Positions 1-7,624 of a stretch of DNA of 40,863 bases are shown here, piece after piece. The stretch is taken from positions 1-40,863 of IMG/VR virus record IMGVR_UViG_3300027571_000025; one strand, 5' to 3'. The notes beneath the pieces were generated by a model that was not told the DNA's origin, searched no databases, and saw only the letters and a list, made by a program, of their open reading frames with translations. Position 1 is the first letter of the stretch, and every line of letters begins with the position of its first letter. This DNA is from a virus (taxonomy: Duplodnaviria; Caudoviricetes). The position numbers were made by a program, and so were the translations under genes.

Positions 1-1
1 A

Positions 2-76
2 GTAGAACCTAAGAACCCTAAACACGCATTCGCTGGTTATCCTATAACAGATGAATACATACCAGCAGAAGTTTAG
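2..76 (+). CDS. 3' end of a gene truncated by the window edge (VEPKNPKHAFAGYPITDEYIPAEV*), probably tail-fibre associated
   Basis: Open frame from position 2 to TAG at 74-76. The PKNPKHxFAG C-terminal motif resembles small tail-fibre-adjacent proteins of Bacteroidota phages (recalled, not searched). Confidence 0.5.
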   Translation, partial: VEPKNPKHAFAGYPITDEYIPAEV

Positions 77-386
77 TAACTATGGATCGTTAGCTCTTGC
101 CGGAACGATTATTCATGAGGCACCAGCTAACAATTCATCGGTAGTTAAATCAATACGATTTAACAACTCATCTGCTTGTGCGATAACATTGTCTCACTAC
201 AACAGCTCAACGGCTACAACTAGTGTTATATACACCGTTAATCTTTCATCTGGTGATATAATGACAGATACATTTCCATTCTATTTAGAGGCTGGAGATA
301 GATTAATTGCCACTCCAACATCTATTGGAACATCATTTACTATAGAAGGTGAAAGCGGTCCTAATTTGGGTGTTAGATGCAAATAG
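51..386 (+). CDS. Hypothetical virion-associated beta-rich protein (111 aa)
   Basis: ORF track; S/T-rich beta-strand pattern; LEAGDRL motif common in small phage structural proteins; overlaps the next gene. Confidence 0.7.
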   Translation: MNTYQQKFSNYGSLALAGTIIHEAPANNSSVVKSIRFNNSSACAITLSHYNSSTATTSVIYTVNLSSGDIMTDTFPFYLEAGDRLIATPTSIGTSFTIEGESGPNLGVRCK

Positions 387-1060
387 TTGACAGATATGGC
401 ATTGTTTATGGTGTTGATAGAATTCAGATCAATGGGCCTGATGGACGGCAGAAGCCATCCTCTATAAATTATGGCCTTTTTGCTCAGACAGCAAAGAGTG
501 TTCCAGTAACAAATACTACTGAATCTCAATCTCTTATTTATGTAAACTTTGAGAGAAGGGTTTTAAAAGATCAAGGTGTTATAGAGTCTATATCTTGCAT
601 GGATCCATTTTTAAGGAGTTATGGTAGTGTTGGTGGGTTATCAGTTCCTGCGAATTCATTTAGAGTAGGAGATTCATTTAGAGTTAACATTAGTGGTGAA
701 ATAAGCTCATTAAATAATGAGATAATTACTATATATCTTATGGCGAATGGTGGTTCAACATTTTTAGCTACCACAAGTATAACATTACCTACAACAACCA
801 ATCAGTTTTTTGATTTAAATGCTACATTTACTATAAGATCTATAGGTACAGCAGGTGTTGCTAAAATAGTAACAGCAGGTCAATTTACATACTCTAAAGA
901 CGCATCAAATGCTTTTGAGGGTTCTGATTTTATATACATCAATGAGGATACATTTGATACAACTATTGACAACACATTAGATATTACAACACAGTGGGCA
1001 AATGCAAGTACTTTAAATAGCATACACAGTGAGATTTTTACATTAAACAAGATATTCTGA
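377..1060 (+). CDS. Putative tail/tail-fibre structural protein (227 aa)
   Basis: ORF track; Thr/Ser/Gly-rich beta-sandwich pattern; its stop overlaps the next start (TGATG). Confidence 0.7.
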   Translation: MQIVDRYGIVYGVDRIQINGPDGRQKPSSINYGLFAQTAKSVPVTNTTESQSLIYVNFERRVLKDQGVIESISCMDPFLRSYGSVGGLSVPANSFRVGDSFRVNISGEISSLNNEIITIYLMANGGSTFLATTSITLPTTTNQFFDLNATFTIRSIGTAGVAKIVTAGQFTYSKDASNAFEGSDFIYINEDTFDTTIDNTLDITTQWANASTLNSIHSEIFTLNKIF

Positions 1061-1485
1061 TGAGATATTTACTAATCATTCTATTACTAGCATCATGCAG
1101 CCCTACCAAGCGATTCACTAGGCTAATCGAGAAGTACCCGTATTTAATTACTACAGACACTGTAGTAATAAAAGACACCATCACCCTCTACGTCCCAGAG
1201 GTGCATACAGACACTGTAGTAACACTGAAGCAACTTATCGATACAGTAACTCTGACTAAAGACAGAGTCACTGTTAAGACATGGTACGTCCCAAAGGAAA
1301 AGAAGGTGTACATAAAGGGTAAGTGCGATCCTATATACGTCACAAAGATTGTAGAGCGAAAGGTTCCTGTCAAGTACTATGAGAAGTATCCTTTGTGGAA
1401 GAAGCTACTAAACAACCTATTAGCTATTTTTATTATCTTTGTTGTAATCTATACAATGTATAAACTGTATAAGAAACTAGTATGA
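1060..1485 (+). CDS. Spanin-like lipoprotein (candidate unimolecular spanin)
   Basis: N-terminal lipoprotein signal MRYLLIILLLASC with lipobox LASC, beta-rich middle, C-terminal TM helix LLAIFIIFVVIYTMY followed by basic residues; directly upstream of holin and endolysin. Confidence 0.65.
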   Translation: MRYLLIILLLASCSPTKRFTRLIEKYPYLITTDTVVIKDTITLYVPEVHTDTVVTLKQLIDTVTLTKDRVTVKTWYVPKEKKVYIKGKCDPIYVTKIVERKVPVKYYEKYPLWKKLLNNLLAIFIIFVVIYTMYKLYKKLV

Positions 1486-1907
1486 AAACTAACACACTAA
1501 TCGTTTTGTCTGCATTATTTACGGTGATTACACCAGCAGTACCTTTGATCTTGGTATCGTTGATGGCGATCTTTGTTGACGCCTGTTTTGGCATCTGGAG
1601 ATCTGTTAAGAAGAATGGATGGATATCTTTTCAAAGTAAAAAACTTATAGCAACTGTACAAAAGTCGTTCCTGTATTCAGGAGCGATTTTATTTTTCTAT
1701 ATGATAGAGAAGTACATCGCTGGTGATATTATTGCTCACTTCATTTCAGTAGAGCTTATCATCACGAAGTCAGTTGCGTTCTTCTGTGTATTTACTGAAG
1801 TTAAGTCAATCAATGAAAACTATAAGGATGTTACAGGTGTAGACCTATTAACAAAATTCAAAGCTTTCATGACAGGTCTTAAAAAAGAAAGCGATAAGTG
1901 GAAATAA
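1482..1907 (+). CDS. Holin
   Basis: About three hydrophobic segments, DxxxGIW and ExKSIxEN motifs typical of the toxin-secretion/phage-lysis holin type, charged C-terminus; adjacent to endolysin. Confidence 0.8.
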   Translation: MKTNTLIVLSALFTVITPAVPLILVSLMAIFVDACFGIWRSVKKNGWISFQSKKLIATVQKSFLYSGAILFFYMIEKYIAGDIIAHFISVELIITKSVAFFCVFTEVKSINENYKDVTGVDLLTKFKAFMTGLKKESDKWK

Positions 1908-2461
1908 TCGATAAATACGTAAAGTTTACGAAAAAATGGGAGGGTGGCCTGTCAAGAGATAAGGCTGACTCTGCATCTTCATTCCCATGTCCTACTCCAT
2001 ATCAAGATAAAACAGGTTGGCATACTAACATAGGCATCACTTATGCTGCTTGGGTTAGTTTCTACGGAAAGACAAAAGATAAAGAGTTCTTTGAGATGTC
2101 TTCTGAGGATTGGTTTCGTGTATTCAAGAAAGGATATTGGGACAAAGTAAAGGGAGATGAGTATGACTCTGTAAACATTGCTATATTCGTTACCGGTATT
2201 GCATGGGGATCAGGTGCTTATCAAGCCGGAAAGTCTCTACAAAAGTCTATTAACGACTGTGGTGTTAAATGTACTGTTGATGGTAAGATTGGTCCAAAGA
2301 CTATATCATCCGCAAACTCAATTGATCCTAGGAAATTATTTGATGCATTGACTGCTGAAAGAGAAAGGTTCTTTAGAGCTATATCTAAGGGCAAGAACGC
2401 TAAGTTTTTGAAAGGATGGTTAAACAGATTAGAGGATTACAAGAAGACCTTCAGACCATAA
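1898..2461 (+). CDS. Endolysin, glycoside hydrolase family 108 with C-terminal peptidoglycan-binding region
   Basis: WEGG catalytic motif near the N-terminus, TNIGIT, VDGKIGPKT and FLKGWLNR motifs. Confidence 0.88.
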   Translation: MEIIDKYVKFTKKWEGGLSRDKADSASSFPCPTPYQDKTGWHTNIGITYAAWVSFYGKTKDKEFFEMSSEDWFRVFKKGYWDKVKGDEYDSVNIAIFVTGIAWGSGAYQAGKSLQKSINDCGVKCTVDGKIGPKTISSANSIDPRKLFDALTAERERFFRAISKGKNAKFLKGWLNRLEDYKKTFRP

Positions 2462-2473
2462 TATAAAAATCAC

Positions 2474-2481
2474 TAAATTTG
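2474..2481 (+). promoter_or_regulatory. Bacteroidota sigma-ABfr-type -7 promoter element (TAAATTTG)
   Basis: Matches TAnnTTTG; intergenic; 4 nt upstream of ATG at 2486. Confidence 0.6.
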
Positions 2482-2485
2482 TAAA

Positions 2486-2614
2486 ATGAAGAAGGAAGCA
2501 ACATCAATCGTAAAGGTTAAGGTTAGCCGCCCAGGTGTCCATGCAAAATGCAAGACATCTAAGCTAAAGTCTTCTAAGAATTATAAAAAACAAAATAGAG
2601 GCCAAGGACGATGA
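2486..2614 (+). CDS. Small basic protein, 42 aa (MKKEATSIVKVKVSRPGVHAKCKTSKLKSSKNYKKQNRGQGR), absent from the ORF track
   Basis: Fills the gap between genes, follows a promoter box, ATGA overlap with the gene at 2611; highly Lys/Arg-rich. Confidence 0.75.
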   Translation: MKKEATSIVKVKVSRPGVHAKCKTSKLKSSKNYKKQNRGQGR

Positions 2615-3012
2615 AAGTACAAAACTATACAACTGAGACACCAAGCACATCATCAAAAGTATTTGGTACCAATGCTGCTGGCAACACAGTTAATTATGAC
2701 GTCACTGCATTATTGGCTTTAAATCAAACGCCTACTGTTGACGTAACAAACGACCTGACAGCCGCTACGCTTACAAACGTAAACACATACTTTACAGGAA
2801 CAGCTGGCCCATCTTTTACAATCAATCTTCCTCCAGCTAGCTCAGGTCTAGATGGAATTAAGTTTGTTATCATGTCAACAGCTGAGCGCGTATCAACATC
2901 ATGGGCATCAGCAGGTGCTACATTCGTTGGAGCTCCTGCAACTTTATTAGCAAACACACCGGTATGTCTACAATATAGTCATGCCAACCTTAAGTGGTAT
3001 ATATCTTTATAA
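2611..3012 (+). CDS. Putative virion structural/tail-fibre-like protein (133 aa)
   Basis: ORF track; TINLP and terminal KWY pattern typical of fibre-tip beta domains. Confidence 0.7.
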   Translation: MKVQNYTTETPSTSSKVFGTNAAGNTVNYDVTALLALNQTPTVDVTNDLTAATLTNVNTYFTGTAGPSFTINLPPASSGLDGIKFVIMSTAERVSTSWASAGATFVGAPATLLANTPVCLQYSHANLKWYISL

Positions 3013-3013
3013 T

Positions 3014-3685
3014 ATGGCAACAATTCCAACTGAACAAAAGTTTCATACATTAAATAGTAATGTAGTTACACAAGAGAAAGGATCAGCATTAACCAACTCG
3101 CAGCGTGAGATATACACAATGCAAGACATTGTCGAGACAGTTGAAGGTGCATTACCTCCTTCTACAAATCCAACAGCAGGAGTTTACCCAATTTGTTACA
3201 ATGATTTTATGGGTAATCCGTCTATTTTTGCGGATGGTGGATTGACAAATAGTGTGATAATGACACCAATGGGTTATACTTATTTGGGTTTAACTTTTCG
3301 CGATAATTACAGCGGTCTTGGCAAACTTTTAGAATTAAACCCCATTGATTTTGCATATACTTTTGGACAAGCGGAATACCAACCATTTAGTAGTGTGTCC
3401 GCATCGGGAGGTTTAGTAATATACCCAATGATGGGAGAAGCAATTATAGGCGTAGGAATATCATCACCATACGAAGGAGTGTTTAAAGTAAATAGCGCAT
3501 CCGGTAATGTTACAATTGGTAACGCACCATCTACATCAATTGGTGTTAATATGTGGAACCAAACAATGATAATTGGCTCGGACTTAACTTTATTTGTTTC
3601 ACCAAGTAATCCAACAACACCTGTAAAATGGCTTATAGTTACTGACGAAAATGGTAATTATTTTCAAATGCCTTTATACCAATAA
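3014..3685 (+). CDS. Putative tail-fibre protein (probable start MATIP at 3014 rather than 2981)
   Basis: ATG at 3014 follows the previous stop; Gly-rich beta repeats; C-terminal YFQMPLYQ resembles the YxIPLY fibre ending. Confidence 0.7.
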   Translation: MATIPTEQKFHTLNSNVVTQEKGSALTNSQREIYTMQDIVETVEGALPPSTNPTAGVYPICYNDFMGNPSIFADGGLTNSVIMTPMGYTYLGLTFRDNYSGLGKLLELNPIDFAYTFGQAEYQPFSSVSASGGLVIYPMMGEAIIGVGISSPYEGVFKVNSASGNVTIGNAPSTSIGVNMWNQTMIIGSDLTLFVSPSNPTTPVKWLIVTDENGNYFQMPLYQ

Positions 3686-3725
3686 AACAATAACTACTAT
3701 TATTTACCTCTATATCAATAAAAAA

Positions 3726-4019
3726 ATGGCTTTACTAATTAACAACGCAAAATTTAAAAACACCGAGATTGTAGCACCGCAAATTTATGTTAGGTTGCAA
3801 ATATGGAACAAACCAAACGGAAAAGAGTCGATTATTGCATTACTAACCGGATTAGACAAAGAAAATGCATTGAATTATAAATCAATTGCAACTAATTTAC
3901 CCGAGCAAGTTTTGGTTAATGTTCCCGATGGGCAAGCACAAGACCTTTTGACAATTCACGAACTTGTAAAGATAGAACTTGAGGCAAAAGATTTTCAAGT
4001 AAATATTGACCTTGCATAA
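3726..4019 (+). CDS. Hypothetical protein, possibly a fibre-assembly accessory (probable start MALLINN at 3726)
   Basis: ORF track 3651..4019; the ATG at 3726 is preceded by an A-rich tract. Confidence 0.65.
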   Translation: MALLINNAKFKNTEIVAPQIYVRLQIWNKPNGKESIIALLTGLDKENALNYKSIATNLPEQVLVNVPDGQAQDLLTIHELVKIELEAKDFQVNIDLA

Positions 4020-4141
4020 TGGAAAAAACACAAGCAATACAAATTATTGAACAAGCATTGAATGCTGCTACTCAAAAAGGAGTATACAACCTAAATGATG
4101 TTGCTACAATTTTACAAGCACTCACTGAGATTAAAAAGTAA
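4019..4141 (+). CDS. Small helical protein, 40 aa (MEKTQAIQIIEQALNAATQKGVYNLNDVATILQALTEIKK), absent from the ORF track
   Basis: TAATG stop/start overlap; fills the gap; amphipathic helix pattern. Confidence 0.75.
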   Translation: MEKTQAIQIIEQALNAATQKGVYNLNDVATILQALTEIKK

Positions 4142-4153
4142 ATAAAATATAAT

Positions 4154-4390
4154 ATGAGTAAAATAACAAAAGAAGAGCTCGACGCGTTGGTTAACGCTAA
4201 TCGAGTTTACAGAGATTTAAAGTTTAATCTAGCAGACATCGAGATGAGCGTTCGTCGTTTAGGCGAGCAGAAAGAGCTCACGATGCAGCAACTTGAAGTT
4301 GCGGCAGCAAAGCTCACTCAAGAGCAGCAATCCATCTTTGATAAGTATGGCGATGTTCAGGTAAACCTCCAAACAGGTGAGTATAATTAG
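4154..4390 (+). CDS. Small coiled-coil protein (78 aa)
   Basis: ORF track; heptad pattern ending in KYGDVQVNLQTGEY. Confidence 0.8.
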   Translation: MSKITKEELDALVNANRVYRDLKFNLADIEMSVRRLGEQKELTMQQLEVAAAKLTQEQQSIFDKYGDVQVNLQTGEYN

Positions 4391-4598
4391 AAAAATTTCA
4401 ATTGGTCCTGACTACATGAAGTCTATGCACTACATGGTCGGTCAAGAAATCCTTGATAAGACTTGGAAGATCAACACCATCAGAGTTGAAAATGATGGCA
4501 GTATCTGCGTTTGGATTATTAAGGAAGGAGAGATTATACGATGGAAGTCTTTCTCTCCTACAATGCCTATTGCTATTGAGTATAAAATAGATTACTGA
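4377..4598 (+). CDS. Conserved hypothetical protein (73 aa)
   Basis: ORF track; overlaps both neighbours. Confidence 0.75.
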   Translation: MSIIRKISIGPDYMKSMHYMVGQEILDKTWKINTIRVENDGSICVWIIKEGEIIRWKSFSPTMPIAIEYKIDY

Positions 4599-5149
4599 TG
4601 AAATCACCATACTGCTTCATTGTAGAGCCAATTGGTCTGAGGCGGTACGATAACATTAAAAGCTACGGAGACGTAGATTTTATTATTAGTTCCTCCCAAG
4701 AAGATCATAAAGTTTCTAATCGCTTTGCGAAGGTAATTGCAACACCAATATATTATGACGGTCCGGTTCAATCTGGAGACACTGTTATACTTCATCACAA
4801 CGTTTTCAAGTTCTATTACGACATGAAAGGCCGTCAAAAGAGCAGTTGGAATTACGTCATGGACGATATGTTTCTAGCTGAGCTTGATCAGGTCTATGCA
4901 TTCAAGCGTGATGCTGATTGGCAGGCCGTTGAGCCATTTGTGTTCATAAAGCCTGTCCCATCAGAGGATAAGGTGTTTAGTACGCTAGGTGGTTTTGAGG
5001 AGTTGTGGGGTGAGGTTATTTACCCTAGCAATGATTTTGTATCTAAGGGGGATGTCGTATCTTTTACTCCAGATAGTGAGTATGAGTTTAGAATAGATGA
5101 TCAAGTACTATATCGAATGTATAATAAGAACTTATGTCTAAGAAAATAG
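4598..5149 (+). CDS. GroES/cpn10-like co-chaperonin with two tandem GroES-like halves
   Basis: Repeated pattern FIVEP...AKVIATP...VQSGDTVILHH and VFIKP...GEVIY...VSKGDVVSF...EYEFRIDDQVLYRM, matching the GroES beta-barrel. Confidence 0.7.
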   Translation: MKSPYCFIVEPIGLRRYDNIKSYGDVDFIISSSQEDHKVSNRFAKVIATPIYYDGPVQSGDTVILHHNVFKFYYDMKGRQKSSWNYVMDDMFLAELDQVYAFKRDADWQAVEPFVFIKPVPSEDKVFSTLGGFEELWGEVIYPSNDFVSKGDVVSFTPDSEYEFRIDDQVLYRMYNKNLCLRK

Positions 5150-5415
5150 AGATAGTAGAAGCTGCTAAACAGGCTATTGATGAGTTGATTAAAGTACTAA
5201 AGTCACCTATCATTACGCATGCTGAGGATGATATATCTGCTGATAAAATGAAGAATGCTGCCTCTGCTAAGCGTTTAGCATTTGAGGATGCTATGTATAT
5301 GCTCAATAAGATTGAGGAGGAAGAGAATAAGGCATCAGAAACACCTATCGCTGAGGTCACTCTAGGCAAGAGTGGTTTTGCTGAAGGTAGGGCAAAGTTG
5401 AAGAATGGAAAATAA
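5134..5415 (+). CDS. Putative terminase small subunit
   Basis: Helical 93-aa protein immediately upstream of and overlapping TerL; assignment is positional. Confidence 0.5.
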   Translation: MSKKIEIVEAAKQAIDELIKVLKSPIITHAEDDISADKMKNAASAKRLAFEDAMYMLNKIEEEENKASETPIAEVTLGKSGFAEGRAKLKNGK

Positions 5416-7624
5416 CCTGTATCGCATAGTCACTGACCACGTCCACAGAACTGCTCTTACTACGAAGAATAGTAAGAAGAGTTGGGACTATGGATACAAT
5501 AAAGAGTATGATATAATCGTTATATCTAAAGATGGCACCATTGGTGATATCTATGAGATTAACGGCCTTAAGATTGCATTACCAGCAACTCCAAAAAAAA
5601 TAGACGACCGTGGCAACAAGTGGGTTGCACAAGAATACCCGGCAGAACTTCAGAAAGTCAAGTCAATCTTTGACTGGAACCGTAGAGACAACTCGTTCAA
5701 GTCTAAGTATGTAGATATGATCGAGACTGAGTTTGATCGCAGGGAGTATGGCTATTGGTTTAAGAACAATGGTAAGCCAACCTACATGACTGGTACACAT
5801 TATATGTACCTTCAGTGGACCAAGATTGACGTCGGTCTTCCTGACTTCCGTGAGTCCAATAGGATATTCTTTATATTTTGGGAGGCAACTAAAGCAGACA
5901 GCCGATCATTTGGTATGTGCTACCTAAAGAACCGTCGTTCAGGGTTCTCGTTTATGTCTTCAGCCGAGACGTCCAATACAGGTACAATTGTTAGGGACTC
6001 TCGTATTGGTATTTTGTCAAAGACGGGTTCCGATGCTAAGAAGATGTTTACCGATAAGGTGGTACCAATTGTAAGAAATTACCCCTTCTTTTTCAAGCCG
6101 ATCCAGGATGGTATGGATAACCCGAAGACGGAGTTAGCCTTCCGTGTTCCTGCTAGTAAGATTACGCGTAAGAATATGGATGAGGAGCGCGATGATGACA
6201 TAGAAGGGCTAGATACTACCATTGACTGGAAAAACACCGCAGACAACAGCTATGACGGTGAGAAGCTACTTTTACTTGTACATGACGAGAGCGGAAAATG
6301 GGAAAAACCTGAGAACATCTTAAATAATTGGCGCGTAACCAAAACATGTTTGCGCTTGGGTAGCCGCATCATTGGTAAGTGTATGATGGGTTCAACCTCA
6401 AATGCACTCAGCAAGGGTGGTGAGAACTTTAAGAAGCTCTTCAATGACAGCGACCCGACCAAGCGTTCTGCCAATGGTCAGACCAAGTCGGGGCTTTATA
6501 GTTTGTTCATTCCTATGGAATGGAACATGGAGGGTTTTATTGATGAGTATGGATGGCCTGTGTTTGATGATCCAAAGAAACCAATCATGGGTATTGATGG
6601 TGAGGAGATTACGATGGGCGTTATTACTTATTGGAATAATGAGGTTGCAGCTCTTAAGTCTGACTCTGATGCACTCAATGAATTCTATCGTCAGTTCCCA
6701 AGAACAGAGTCTCATGCGTTTCGTGATGAGTCAAAGGCATCTTTGTTTAACTTGACTAAGATCTATCAGCAGATTGACTACAATGACTCTATGATTAAAG
6801 ATCGAGTGTTGACGCGTGGTTACTTTCATTGGAAAAATGGAGATCAAGATACTGAGGTGATTTGGACTCCTGATAAGAAGGGAAGGTTTTTAGTTTCGTG
6901 GATTCCCGATCAGGCTATGAGAAATAGAGTGATTGTGAAAAACGGAAGAAAGCATCCAGGCAATGAGCATATCGGTGTGTTTGGGTGTGACCCTTATGAC
7001 ATTTCAGGTGTAGTTGGTGGTGGTGGATCTGCTGGTGCGTTGCATGGGTTGACTACATTCCACATGGAGAATGCTCCTACAAATCACTTTTTTTTAGAGT
7101 ATATTGCTCGTCCTCAGACTGCTGAGATATTCTTTGAGGATGTATTAATGGCCTGTCATTTCTATGGTATGCCAATACTTGTAGAGAATAATAAGCAGCG
7201 ACTTTTGTATCACTTTAAGAATAGAGGATATCGATCATTCTCTTTAAATAGACCAGACAAACACATATCAAAGCTATCAAAAACAGAGCTAGAGCTAGGT
7301 GGAATTCCTAACTCATCTGAAGACGTAAAGCACGCCCACGCTAACTCTATCAATACTTACATAGAAGAGTATGTTGGTTTAGATAAGGAAGGAACCTATA
7401 GAGATAAAGACACTATGGGTGACATGTACTTTACTAAAACTTTAGAGGATTGGGCTAGATTTGATATTAATAATAGAACAAAACATGATGCCTCAATTAG
7501 CTCAGGACTTGCTATTATGGCATCAAGAAAACACCTATTTATACCACCAAAACAGGAATCTAAAATAAGTGTTAAATTTGTAAGATATAAGAATACAGGC
7601 ATTAGAAGCGAAATCATCGAATAA
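5405..7624 (+). CDS. terL: Terminase large subunit
   Basis: Walker A variant KNRRSGFS, Walker B LLLVHDESGK, motif III GST, RNase-H-like nuclease FGCDP...ILVENN...HDASIS. Confidence 0.92.
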   Translation: MENNLYRIVTDHVHRTALTTKNSKKSWDYGYNKEYDIIVISKDGTIGDIYEINGLKIALPATPKKIDDRGNKWVAQEYPAELQKVKSIFDWNRRDNSFKSKYVDMIETEFDRREYGYWFKNNGKPTYMTGTHYMYLQWTKIDVGLPDFRESNRIFFIFWEATKADSRSFGMCYLKNRRSGFSFMSSAETSNTGTIVRDSRIGILSKTGSDAKKMFTDKVVPIVRNYPFFFKPIQDGMDNPKTELAFRVPASKITRKNMDEERDDDIEGLDTTIDWKNTADNSYDGEKLLLLVHDESGKWEKPENILNNWRVTKTCLRLGSRIIGKCMMGSTSNALSKGGENFKKLFNDSDPTKRSANGQTKSGLYSLFIPMEWNMEGFIDEYGWPVFDDPKKPIMGIDGEEITMGVITYWNNEVAALKSDSDALNEFYRQFPRTESHAFRDESKASLFNLTKIYQQIDYNDSMIKDRVLTRGYFHWKNGDQDTEVIWTPDKKGRFLVSWIPDQAMRNRVIVKNGRKHPGNEHIGVFGCDPYDISGVVGGGGSAGALHGLTTFHMENAPTNHFFLEYIARPQTAEIFFEDVLMACHFYGMPILVENNKQRLLYHFKNRGYRSFSLNRPDKHISKLSKTELELGGIPNSSEDVKHAHANSINTYIEEYVGLDKEGTYRDKDTMGDMYFTKTLEDWARFDINNRTKHDASISSGLAIMASRKHLFIPPKQESKISVKFVRYKNTGIRSEIIE

